From the NCBI RefSeq assembly GCF_001194135.2, contig NC_068987.1:13913109-13977108 (forward strand): a DNA stretch of 64,000 bases, in the 5' to 3' direction. The DNA comes from Octopus bimaculoides (Eukaryota). The notes under the pieces are model-generated. The model saw only the letters and a program-made list of their open reading frames with translations. It was not told the DNA's origin and did not search any database. The translations under genes and the position numbers were made by a program. The stretch's first letter is position 1, and every line of letters starts with the position of its first letter. Positions 1 through 13,742 of the stretch are shown here, piece by piece.

Positions 1-211
1 GCAACTTGCCACAGACACACAGAACAAGAACCAGACAACTCAATATTTACCTTCCCTTGCAGCTCTCCTCTTCCCGAAGATATCATCACTCCCTCCTCCC
101 CGACCATTAACCAGTCTGGTGGCCTCAAATCGTCCACGTCACCTGCTAAATGCTCCAGTACAGCTATCCGACGCCGGTCTTCAGACTCAGACTTGAGTAC
201 CACTCCAAAAG
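1..211 (+). CDS. C2CD5: C2CD5 exon (5' boundary uncertain: before base 1 or at the AG at 61-62)
   Basis: Frame +1 open: ..SPAKCSSTAIRRRSSDSDLSTTPK-G, then donor GTAATA at 212 (phase 1); resembles human SPSKSYSRQSSSSDTDLSLTPK. Confidence 0.85.
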
Positions 212-3200
212 GTAATAATAATAATGCAATAATCATAAATATGAATCACTCTAATACGTATTAACCCTTGAAAAGCAAAAAAAAAAATATATATATATAT
301 ATATATTATGAGGAAAAAAACTAAACAAGGAAGAAAAGAGATTTTCTTTTTTTTTCTTTTGGCTAATTTAACCAAACCATTTGATCGCATTTGTTTTAAT
401 TTTTGCTTCTTTTTTCCTCAATATTAATAATAATGATTTCTTTCATTGGTCAGAAGGGTTTTACTGTTACTACTATTATTAGTACTACTAATAATAATAA
501 CAATAGTAATGATGGGAAACCCTGTTGTATCAGACCCTCAAAAAGTTCTTCTTGTGGGTGCTGCACACATCCTTAGAAAAACACTGTCAACCTGAAAATA
601 TCTATAAAAAAACAATCATGTGATGATGATGATGATTCAGGGAGAAATATTAGTTTACTTGGAAACAAGTGAGGGTTGGCAACAGGAAGAGCAATCATCC
701 ATAGAAAAACTGCCTCAACAAATTCAGTGTGACCCATGTGAACATGGAAAATGGTGATCAATGATGAATGCTCCAATTATTCAATCAGTGGAGCAACTTG
801 CTCACTGAATTTTAATGTAGGTGGCTGAGTATTCCACAGACAATGTACTCTTGATTCTCAGGGAGAACTGGCATGATGCAATATGTGTCAGTCTATCCTG
901 CAGGCTTCCATACAGTTTCTGTCTACCCAAATTTCACTCACAATACTTATGTTGATCTGTGTCTATAATAAGAGACAAATCATCCAAGATGCCATAGAGT
1001 AGGGTTGAACCTGGAACCTCATAATTGCAAGGCAAACTTGACCAGGTTTGTGTCCATCACTTATACTATTGTTGTTACTGGTTAAATATATAAAAACAAC
1101 AGAGTTAGTATTTCAATTAATTTGTTTTGGATGGCATCTTAAATAATTCCTTCACTTTTTTTTATATTTGTGATTTTAATTTCAATATTCTACATTTTGG
1201 AATCATTCAAATTAAAAACAAAAATCAAAATAAATAAGAAATAAAATGAGGAAAAAAGATTTCTAAAAATCAAAACAACCAGAAAATTAAAGTATTAACA
1301 GAATAATACTAATTGCTCGACTAAATAAGTAAGAGAGATTGTTGTTTTTTGTATTCTCTCCGCCCTTCTAAAGTCAACCTACAAAATAAACCAAAATAGA
1401 TTTTTCTCAGGGAATTTAAAAAAAAAATACTTTTGGGGTTTTACAGTAGCTTGTCTTAGTGACATTAATACATAGGATTTTGAATTTAGCTTATTAGGAA
1501 CTGCATTGGTATTGTCCCTGTAGTCTTTGTTGATGTTACATATGCTTCTGACAAACAAGTTGTGCAATATCAATAACAATATCAATGGTCCAAGTGCTGC
1601 ACTGGCTGCTGAGCATTTTTAAGTGCAAATAGTCAGTTGAGCACCAAATGAAGCCACCTTAATTGTGTTTGCTGCAATAACCACTGGAATGTTGAATAAT
1701 TCTGGAGTAATCTGGATAATGAAATAAACACGACATGGCATGACTGCCACTACTCAGCACTCTATAGTGCTAAACATTGAAAAACATGGGCTTGGAACAA
1801 GATGAAGTTGAGTGGGTCTGAGATGCACACTGATGGACCACTCTCACGTTGTTTGATTGGTTAATTCTGTTTGCATAAAGTGAACCAGAGTTATTTAACA
1901 CAGCTGCTTTGTGGAATGATTTATTGAACATTAAAAAAAAAATGGTTAAGGTAGTAAATAAACTCCTACTGAAAATCCAGATGGAGGCGCCCTAAGACAG
2001 ATATGTATGGTTATATTTAACTGATATCTGGTATCTCTTGCTGCTCCATGGATGCTACAAACAGATTGACTTGTCTTACCTTTACAGTGTATCAATAAGT
2101 GGAGAGGTAGTAAGTGTACCTGGGGCCAGTCATTTTTGTCTGGAAACAGCCCAGGCACAACCAACCTATGCAACATAAACACTTTTATAATATAAATGAC
2201 ATTATATTTCTTCAAATTTGATAAGCTTTGAAGACAGTAAAGTAATGACCTTGTAGATATAGCATATCCTTTAGATTTCATACTTTATTTGCTCTTGATT
2301 TGTCTGTTCTCTTGTGACTGATGTAAACTAAAAGTCAAATGATAACAAGAGTACCCAGAGAGCACAAACCTCCGGCAAGGCAACACCAACGTCCTCTCAA
2401 TGATTAGCCGGAGATGGTTTTTAAAATGAGAATATCTGAAATAAACTCAACTGCTCTCACAAATGAGAATACTAAAAATGAACCCTACTGCTCTCAAAAT
2501 TTAAGTAAAAAAACTGGAAAAATAATCCAGAATACTTGTTCAGTACCGGATTGATCCCACAATCTAATCAGTTCATATCAGTCACAAGGCCAAACATCCT
2601 TGAAAGTTTCATACGAATCCATCCAGATATCTTGTCTACGGACAAACAAACAAACACAACTGAAAACAATACCTCCACCTTCACTAAGGCGGAGGTAATA
2701 AATATTTAGACTAGTCACCAAGAAGTCATTGATTTTTGTGAACCTAATTATTGAAATCAAAGGAAAATTTCTTGAAACAATTATTTTATTAATCTTGTTA
2801 AGGATTCTTTATTAGTTCCCAATGTGTATCTCTATATTGGTGGTTTGGAGATGTAGCTTCTTCAGTGACTAGTTTTCTTATACTATATAGACAGATCTTG
2901 CAAAAGTTGGGCATTTGTATATATTGTTGCAGTATATTATTTGACAATTAGATGACCTTTTAATCATGAAAATGAAGTTGTATTGTCAACCAAATGGACA
3001 GAATCAAGCTGCTATTTTGCTCTACCCAGTAATATTATTCAGTGGCTGTAGCAAGTGTTGAACTCTTGACCATGAGGTCAGAAGCTGCAAGGCTTAACCT
3101 TATTGCCATCCACTGAAGTAATAAGATGGGTAACTGTTATGTGGTTGGTTAAATAAGGATGAGAAGCAATTGAAAAACAGCCTTGAGCACCCCTTGTTTG

Positions 3201-4226
3201 AGTCATTCTATTTGTTAGCCATAGCTCAGTTTCATCTTTACTCAACAGTAAACGAAATTTAACATTTAAACTTAAGATAAAAAGCAAAAATATTTCCCAA
3301 AACAGACACTGCCCACTAACGTAATAATGAAACATGATTATTTTTTGGGGTTTTAAATTCAAATGTAAAACCAAAAAAAAAAACCAAAAAACAAAAGCCA
3401 GTCCCATTCAGTTGATAGAGGGAAATAATTATATTCCCCCCAAAAAGATACAAAGTTAGATACGTTATTTAAGAGTAGTGTGGATTAGCAAGTGGTGAGT
3501 TTTAAGGTAAGTGATGTTTTTATGGATAAACCCTTGAGGACTATTTCAAATTTGGCTGAGATTGTCATGTTTAACAAACTAAATTGCACTTTTGCCTTAT
3601 AGTTAAGAAATGCATTTTTTTTAGCTTTCTTTTGTCTGTCTGTGTGTATGTGTGAGTCTGTGTATATGTCTGACCACAATATATACCCATTCTTGTTAAT
3701 TTTTCGTTGAATATCACTTTGTTTCCAGTTGTATCCAGTGTTTTTTGTTGTTTTAATTAATTTGGTATTGCATTTCAAAGAGATCACCACGTTAATTGCA
3801 CATTACAAATATTTTTTTAAAAAAAGTAATAATTACACACCCAGCATAGCTGTCAGCATGTTTTTTTTATACACCACATCCTCAACACACTCTTATAATT
3901 GCATGGTTTTTCATAAATTTATCATAATTATTTTGCATGCTTCACTGTTTGTTCATAACAGTATTTATGGATTTGATTTATATTGGAGAGAAAAAAATAG
4001 ATCAGCATTTAGGATTATCTATACCATTTTTTTTTAATGGTAATTGGTGTTTGTATTTATCAGGATATAAATTGATGTTTTTAAAGGAAATTAGCCTTCT
4101 TTAATCAGACGTCTTGATTTTTTTTTTCAAACTGCAAGCATACTGGGTTTTTTGATACTTCCTTACTATAATAGATAAACCAACTAAAGCTAAACACGTA
4201 AAGAATTTCATGTATGGATATTGATT

Positions 4227-4273
<47 letters not shown>

Positions 4274-7200
4274 AAAATTGAGTCATTGCCAAAGTAGCTT
4301 GTTGAATAATTCATTGAAATAAAGAAAAAGGTGTCCTGCTTGATAATAATAATAATTATTATTATTCACTTAACTTCTGAGTTATCTTTGTCATATCTCA
4401 GCTTCATCCTGCAGCTTAGAAATGCAACACTTTTCTCAACACATGAGTTGTTCCAAGTATTGTTGCCAGCTGAAGTTTGGTGTCCATGGCTTTTGATGCC
4501 AGAATATTGCTCTCTTTCAGATGGTCCCAAGTGCACTGATCGCAATAGGGACCACACTCACTTTTGAGGCTCTATGGATTCATTCCATTTCCAATGCTAG
4601 GTCTTGGTACTTCTCAACTTTCTTGTCCTCTGCCTTTATTATTATTATTATTATTACTATCATCATCATTATTATTATTAAGGTGGCCAGACAAAATGTT
4701 ACTAAACATTTTGTCTGTCTTTATGTGCTAAGGTTATCTTCACCCATCATCATTTTGTGGTCTATAAAGTAAGTACCAGTCAGGTATTGGAGTCAATGGA
4801 ATTGACTTCACAGCCATCAAAAACTGCTGGCTTTGTGCCGGAATTTGAAATCATTATTATCATCATTATTATTGTAGGGCAGTGAGCTGGCAGAATTGTT
4901 AGCACACTGGGCAAAATGTTTAATGGCATTTCGTCTGTCTTCAGATTTTGAGTTCAAATTCCACCAAGGTTGACTTTGCCTTTCATCTTTTCAGGGTTAA
5001 TAAAGTAAGTACCAGTTACGAACTGGGGTCAATGTAATCTTCTAACCCCCTCCCAGCAAATTTTTGGCCTTGTGCCTATAGTAGAAAGGATTATCATTAT
5101 TATTATTAAGGCAGCGAGCTGGCAGAATTGTTAGCGCGCTGGACGAAATGCTTAGCAGTATTTTGCCTGTCGGTACATTCTGAGTTCAAATTCTGCCGCG
5201 GTCAACTTTGCCTTCCATCCTTTCGGGGTCAATTAAATAAGTACCAGTTACACACTGGAGTTGGTGTAATCGACTTAATCCCCCTCCCCGAAGCTGCCCT
5301 TGTGGCAAAAATTTGAAATCATTACTATTATTATCAATATTTTTCCACCAAAGTCAGCATTACCTTTCATCTTTCCGGGGTTGATAAAAGAAGTACCAGT
5401 CAAGTACCGAGGGTGATGTAATCAACTTACTCCCCCCTCTCAAAAACTGTTGGCCCTGTACCAAAATTTTAAACCATTATTATTATTATTATTTGGTATT
5501 AATTATTTTAAATCAATGTTATTGAAATAGTGTACTTAAGAGTTCGATTTGAACGAGATTTCAGGAATGTATTTCATGATATGTCAACAATACGTTTTAT
5601 AGAATTTTTTTTTTTTTTTTTTTTTTAATAATTTATTTTTCCCGTTCAATACTTTTGGTTTGTTGATTGATGCATGGGTTCTTTCTTTTAATTTTTCTGA
5701 AAGCTTAATGTTTTATTCCCATTTTAAGCCAGTGTTTTTCTCTTTCTGCACTTAGGGATGCTCAAAATTTTGTCAATCAAAACAAAAAATCAATATGATT
5801 GTTCTTATTTGTTGTCATGAAAAGAAATAACAACAAAAATGTATTATTGTATTTTGTCTTTTTAGTGTTCTTAAATCTACTTATTTTCTTTACAATATTT
5901 ATTTGTAATCTTCAATTATAATTTTCAATTATTTTTACAAATCCTTTTTATTTTCATATGACAGAAGTTTCTCACAAATCTCCTCTTGCATTTTCAAGTT
6001 TTGCTTGTATTTGACTTCAGTTTGTCTTCTTGAAGGTCATCACTGACACATACACACACACATATTATATGTTTTTGCTGATTTTTGGTGTACTGATGTA
6101 AGTTGCTGTCTTCCTTAGTTTCAAAACTATGCTCGTCAAAGCGATTATAATCAGTCGATCCATTGAGAATATATTTACTTTGAGGATTTAGAAATTCCCA
6201 CTGGAATATACCACAAAGGTTATCTCTGACAACAATTGAATTCAGAAACATTAGAGTATGCATTAAAATTTGAAATATCACAGTTATGAACCATCTACTG
6301 TTAATAGCTTGATATGGGGTAATGCTAATAGTTATTAGCTATTCTTAACAGTTTTATGTCTATTTTATACTCTTGAAGAAAATGTCAAGCTGGCAGAAAT
6401 ATTGGAATCTCAGACAAAATGCTTAGTGGCATTCCTTCTGGCTCTTTATGTTCTCAGTTCAAATCCTCATGAGATCAACTTTGCCTTTCATCCCTTAGTC
6501 AAGTAATTGATTGCCCCTCCTCTCAATATTATTGGCCTTGAAAAGGCAGTGAGCTGACATTATCATTAGCACATCAGACAAAATGTTTAGTGGCATTTTG
6601 TCCATCTCTACATTCTGAGGTCGACTTTGCCTTTCATCCTTTCAGGATCAATAAGTACCAGTTGATCACTGGGGTCAATGTAATCAACTTACTCCCTTCT
6701 CCAAAATTGCTGGCCTTGTAACAAAATCTAAAACCAGATTTTGTATCCTGTTCAGGGTGAATGTTGTGAATCAGTCACTTTATAAGCCATGAAAACTGGG
6801 TAACTGGTCCTAGAGCTCAAGATAAAAAATTATTTTAAATAATAATAAAATGCTCTACAAATCAGAGGTTAGCCTGAGCTGTGGAATTTTTTCAATGAGT
6901 TCATGAAAGATCATGTATCATAAATGTTAGCTGACAATTTAGAAAAAAATTCATGCTATGTGGCTGTGGTAGGGTCTTATTCGATTAGCTGTCTGATTAT
7001 TTGAAACCTGTCTTGAGTTGAACTTAGAACATGTTATTCTGGTCTCTTTCACTGCAAAATAATGTTATTGTAATAATGTAACTAGCATTCTTCATTTATT
7101 AATCAGAATTAAGTTTTCCTTTTGAACTATATTCCTTCGTTGTATATCTATAGCAGTTGTCTTGATAAATCATGTGCATGGTGAACAATGGTATCAGTAA

Positions 7201-8675
7201 TTAATTTGCTCACTGAAGTTACTAGAGCCACAAGCTCTTGTTAGATTTATTAGTCCAGAGTGTCTTTGGCTGATAAGACACAATAATGTCAAAACACTGG
7301 ATGTCCCAGAGTCCCTTTATATTAAAGAATCGAGTGTATTATGAACACACAATCATTTGAAAGTTGTTGTTCTCCTATCATGAAACACAACAAAGATTAG
7401 CATATTCCTGCTTGAATCTGCAGGTATGTATTAGGAATGAATATGCAAATCATCTATTGATGGTGAACTGGCAGAATTATTAGCATGCTGAGCAAAATGC
7501 TTAGTGGTATTTTGTCCATCTTTACTTTCTGAATTCAAATTCTGGTGAGGTCAACTTTGCTTTCATCCTTTCGGGTTTGATAAAATAAGTACCAGTTGAG
7601 CACTGGGGTGAATGTAATCAACTTAATGGCTCTTGGGTATGAATATAAACTACATCCCTCTGTCAAGCAGTGTTAAGCCAGTGTGGTAGAGGAGGCTCAT
7701 CGAACCAGTAAGATCTCAAGCCATTACTTGGAAGGGGGAACATGCTGAGGCCTTCATCCTGCAGTGAACTGAACATAGGTAATACAGTTCAATCCAAAAT
7801 ACGCAAGTCATTTAGTCTTAATATTCTTGAGTAAAGTGTCTCTTGTTTGTATTGGTTGTAATAATTACCCATGTTGATTCTTCCTCTGCCTCACAAGATC
7901 TTAGATTCCTTCTGGTTGACTGCTAGTTTATGAGGTTCTATAGTGTTTTGGTCAAAAAACATTGATGAAAAGAACACCTATGTGATGCTTCTGTCATAGG
8001 GAATTTAAAACATTTAAAATTTCAACTATTCAAAGTAGTTTTCCTTTGTTTTTCTTTTTGTTTTTTTTCTAAACTGACAGCCATTTTTTTCAAGGCTAGC
8101 AAGTTTTGTGTGTGTGTGTTTCAATTTGAAAACTTGTGCATTGGTTTAGCAGTTTATTTAAAGTTTAGTTACCCATCACCTCAAACGACTTGAATAATTG
8201 GTACCTGTTTGTTAGCCAGACAAAACTTCAGTTTCGCAATAGTCATATGTCTTGTTAAAAAGCACAAAGCAAAAAGCTTTATCTTAGTTTGAACAGATGT
8301 AGTTAGTACAGCACTTTAACACTATAGTCTTTATATCTCCTTAATTCCTTAATTTTTCCTCAGATGTCTCTTCTAAAATTTTTAATAAAGTATTGCATGT
8401 GTATTTCTCTGAGGTATATTATTTTTAGTTGTTCTAATAAGTTTGTTTCATGAATAATTGAAATTTTTGCTAGTTTTTGTGTTCTTTATAATTTTTCTCA
8501 CTTGTGTCTGTGTGCGTGTATGTGGGTATGTATTTTACCCCCTATTCTATAAATTTGTATTTTTATGCAATTAATATATAATTGTTTAAACAACTGGTTG
8601 TATATCTTATTTATATTTAGTCTTTATTGCATAAAATTAATAATATTCTTTTTCAGCTAAAAAAGATTATTATTA

Positions 8676-8731
<56 letters not shown>

Positions 8732-9781
8732 TCTGCAAGAGATTGCATGCTATTTTATCTTAGACCCTTTATTTTCCCTATTCAATGGCCCTCCCCTTCC
8801 TCATCCCCGATCCTTTACATATATATACACACACACAAATATAGATGTGCATACATTCACAAACATGCACCCATGCAAATTTAGAAGAAATACCTTTATT
8901 TCATAATTCATTTTATTTGTCTCTCACGTACATACATAACTTTATTTTTGGTTTTGTTTAAATCTTCACCAACACATTTAGACCCACTCCACCAGATTTG
9001 ACTTTGTCGACTTTTTTAACGATTTTAAAAAACAAACAACAACAACAGAAACAACAACTTCAACAATGATCTTGTATTAACTTATTTTTCAGAAGTTTCT
9101 CCAGGCCCGCCTCCTCCAGGTGAGCTGTGGTACCAACTGCTATTTATGGGTAGTCTTGTCTCTAGTCAGTGTTGTTCTGTTCGTACGTACATAGGGTGTT
9201 GTTGTTTAGTGCAAAAATATTCTTGTCACCAGATGCATTAAGTAAAGCTGAAACCACCCTTCTTGCAACAAACTCCTGCTTCATTGTGAAACCAGTCAAC
9301 TATGTTTCTTATCTGTTGCTATACAACCCAAGTTCTCTTACTCAGTCTAGAAAGTTTATTTTGTTTCACTGTTGTTCGTTGTTTCTTTTTTAATTTTTTT
9401 TTTTTAATGGTCAGAAGAAGAAGAAAATGAAAATATTTTTCTGCTTTTGTAAGTTAATTTTCTGAAATGCATTGTTTCTTACACAATATGAAGTTTCCGG
9501 ATTATGGAGCTGTTATTGCTTATTGACCTCATATTTCATGTTTTGTTTCTGTGTTCAACTCCATATTTTGATGCCTCCATTCTTTGATTGCCCTATTATA
9601 CATATAGATATGTCCTGTGGCTGGTATACAATTACACACACACACGAAAAAAATGATCAAAGACCTTTCTCAAAGCAAAGGCTCATAAGATCGATTTCCC
9701 AAATTCTGTGGCAAAGTTCTGTGTACACACAATTACTATGAGTTATTGCGTTTTTATAGCAGTGAAACCATAAGGCTATAA

Positions 9782-9821
<40 letters not shown>

Positions 9822-12800
9822 TAATTATTGAATGACAAAGGAACATGAATTATGTAAACAACTTCACTAGCTTACAGCTGTTTCTATTGTGAAAATGCGC
9901 TGAGAGATGAGTGTCTGTGCAACATCTCATAACTTCCTCAGAGCCATTAAAATGAAGTGTATGTTTATTTCAGAAAACATTTAAATGCATAATGATAACC
10001 TTTGGAACCCTGTATATGCATAAATGATATTATACATACATACATGAATGTATGAACACATGAATATATCTACATTTCTATGAAATGCAAAATTACAGCC
10101 ATAAACTTATACACTCAAATATGTATGTATATGCTTTATATGTACTTATAAATAAGAACAGGGTAACTGAGGACTATCTCTTATCACAGTTTGATCAAAA
10201 TGTGTTGAACAGAGATACATGTTATATAAGGTTATTAGACCAGAAATTTTTAATTACTTTTCCTGTTTTTGACAAATTATTCAATTTCTATTTAAAAAAA
10301 AAGTCTTCAACCCTTCTGTTACCATATTTCTGTTGAAATACAGTGCTTTTGTTTCAATTAATTTTGAAAATAATGAAGAATTTAGTAAACTAATTTTGTC
10401 ATTATTAAACTGGTGTTTGAAACATAAATTAACATAAAATTTTGAAGAAAGGCTTTAATTTGGATCACTGTAAAAAAGCAAGTTTATATCATAGAACCAA
10501 GGGTGATCTTGGGTGGCTTTGTATCAAAAAGGTTAACTCATCAACTGAAAATATTTGTTTAAATTTCTGTATTTTAGTTACATACAAAAGTATCAAGAAA
10601 NNNNNNNNNNNNTGAGTATATTTTTGTTTTTTGTGTTAAGTGCCTAGCGCAGGAGGTAGGCTCTTGCTAAACTGAGCCTGCAATGCCGTTTCCATTCGTG
10701 GCTGAAGATAGTTGCTAATTCATTTTTCTTATGCTGCTGTTGCTCTTTATAACAATCATCATTGTCAAAAAATCACAACCATATATATACTTTATATATA
10801 TATATATATAAAGTTTAAGCTTTATAAAAAATAATTAATTTTCTGTTACAATTTTGAGTCCTTATTAGCTTTCTGGAAACTTATCTTCATATCTAATCTG
10901 GCGTATAGCCATTTTTTTTTTTATCACTAGGAAAGGTCATTTTGATTATGAATATCAAAGCTAAACACTTTTTTTTTAATGGATAAAATTGTTAATATAT
11001 GAAATAATCTACAGTGTGTTGGTGTATCTCAAGCAACTTGGTTAGAGTATAGAATAAAATATTGCCTGTGTGGTTAAATACCATAAATGGGAGAGGCTAC
11101 AACAGAAAGATTATGTCATAAAGTATAAGAATGTGTGTGTGCAACAAAGCCTCCATAAACTAGAAACCCCTAAACAAGTATTACCCTCACCAGAATTAGA
11201 ATCCCTATGAAGGACAATTCCAGCCATTGGGAAATATTACCTTGCTTGGAAACCAGTTAGGTTTGGCAACAGGAAAGGCATCCAGCCATAGAAAATCTGC
11301 CTCATCAAATTCCACTTGACCCATCAAGCATGAAAAAGTAGATGTTAAAATGATGATGGTGATGATGAATATAGAGTAAAACCATTCTGGTACACACATG
11401 CACACACACACAATTTTATACCTTTACTGCCCTTCCATATGAATGAATTAACACTCCCCTTTTCACCTAATACACAATGATGCCATTCAGATTACCCACC
11501 CCTCACTGATTCGGTGTCATCATTCTTGAGGAGTTAATTTTTTTTATTTCTGTCTTTTGTAACTTTAAATGATTTGAGTCAATTTTGTTTTGAATATTTG
11601 AATCATTAAAAATTGGAAACCTGCTTTTATGAGAGGTTGAATGAAGAGAATGGATAGAACTGAGGTGGTCTACACAGTATTTCTCGACCATTTTTTGCCT
11701 GTGGTACCCTTTTGATCCCTAATTTACTGGAATGGACCTCCTAGCCATTCATTATTTAAAAAATTATGTTTTTATAATTAAATATAATTAGGAATTGTAT
11801 TTAAAAAAGGTTTAAATATTTGGTGTACTGTAGAAGCATAAGCAATTTACTGCACATAAATTTCAAAAATAAAATCCATGTGGACCCCAAAGGATCATAT
11901 GAAACTTGGTTGAGAATCACCAGTCCTAACAATGTTGACCCAATAGGGGGACCAGCTATCCAAATTGACAATAGTTAAGGGAGCAGGTATGACTGAGGAT
12001 ATGAAAGCAAAGAAAACAGCATAATCCATGACGAATAGTTTCTGAGATAAACATCACTGTTGTAAAGCATAGCTGTGTGGTTAAGAAGCTTGCTTTGCAA
12101 CCATGTGGTTTCAGGTTCAGTCCCACTGCACAGTACCTTGGGCAAGTGTTTTTTTACTATAGTCTTGAGCTAACAAATGCTTTGTGAATGAATTTGGTTG
12201 TTGGAAACTGTGGAAGCCCATTGTGTGTGTGTGTTTTTTTTTCCTCATCACACTGCTTGATGGCAGGTGTTGCTTTATTTATATCCCTGTAACACACACA
12301 CACATGTGTGTGTAAAAGAAACAGCATGACCCTTTTCCATGAGCAAAAGTATGTATTGCTTGTAGGCCTATGGCTGAGTAACCCCATTGTCTCATAGCGG
12401 TTGTCTTCAATTGCTCCCTATCCTGCCCTCCTCCACTACTATATTCTAGCTATAATCAATTAACAAAGAAACAAAAGGAAATATTCTTACCTTTTTTTTT
12501 TTTCCTGTTTACATTTTCATGATTTCCTTTGACAATGAATTGTGAAAAACGGTGTGCTCTGAGATAGCCTGATAGCATTCAAAAGCTTTCAATGTTATGA
12601 TGTTCTCTCTAATTGCAATTTTCATTTAACATCTTTAGTTCTTTTTTTTTTCTTTTCTGANNNNNNNNNNNNNNNNNNNNNNNNNNNNNNNNNNNNNNNN
12701 NNNNNNNNNNNNNNNNNNNNNNNNNNNNNNNNNNNNNNNNNNNNNNNNNNNNNNNNNNNNNNNNNNNNNNNNNNNNNNNNNNNNNNNNNNNNNNNNNNNN

Positions 12801-13369
12801 NNNNNNNNNNNNNNNNNNNNNNNNNNNNNNNNNNNNNNNNNNNNNNNNNNNNNNNNNNNNNNNNNNNNNNNNNNNNNNNNNNNNNNNNNNNNNNNNNNNN
12901 NNNNNNNNNNNNNNNNNNNNNNNNNNNNNNNNNNNNNNNNNNNNNNNNNNNNNNNNNNNNNNNNNNNNNNNNNNNNNNNNNNNNNNNNNNNNNNNNNNNN
13001 NNNNNNNNNNNNNNNNNNNNNNNNNNNNNNNNNNNNNNNNNNNNNNNNNNNNNNNNNNNNNNNNNNNNNNNNNNNNNNNNNNNNNNNNNNNNNNNNNNNN
13101 NNNNNNNNNNNNNNNNNNNNNNNNNNNNNNNNNNNNNNNNNNNNNNNNNNNNNNNNNNNNNNNNNNNNNNNNNNNNNNNNNNNNNNNNNNNNNNNNNNNN
13201 NNNNNNNNNNNNNNNNNNNNNNNNNNNNNNNNNNNNNNNNNNNNNNNNNNNNNNNNNNNNNNNNNNNNNNNNNNNNNNNNNNNNNNNNNNNNNNNNNNNN
13301 NNNNNNNNNNNNNNNNNNNNNNNNNNNNNNNNNNNNNNNNNNNNNNNNNNNNNNNNNNNTATATATATG

Positions 13370-13400
<31 letters not shown>

Positions 13401-13407
13401 GTATATA

Positions 13408-13457
<50 letters not shown>

Positions 13458-13694
13458 TATAGTACTGGTCAAATAGTCAGACTGATATAACTGTCTGTTC
13501 CCGTCCCCTGAATTTCTATCCTTGTTCCTATTTTAGAAATTACTATTGTTATTGCTGTTTGTAGAGAAGTGGTTGCTTTCCATTGGTCTTAAGAAGCTAT
13601 GTGCTTGTTGCCTTATGTCTCTTGTCTAGTAATCAACAGTTGTACCACAATTGTTATCTTGGAAGATATACCTCTGTGTATGTTTGTATGTACG

Positions 13695-13742
<48 letters not shown>

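Noticed and set aside
1946-2281. Minus-strand ORF with splice-like signals (possible nested antisense gene)
   Set aside because: No recognisable domain and no partner exons; cannot be supported without transcript data.
5994-6281. Minus-strand ORF ..NLCGIFQWEFLNPQSKYILNGSTDYNRFDEHSFET..
   Set aside because: Protein-like composition but no recognisable family; runs into a (TG)n tract.
9760-10013. Mariner-like MITE ending in GAACCCTGTA
   Set aside because: Only one convincing terminal repeat found.
13564-13630. Acceptor TTTGTAG with downstream reading frame
   Set aside because: Stop codon after about 20 codons in the required phase and no other support.
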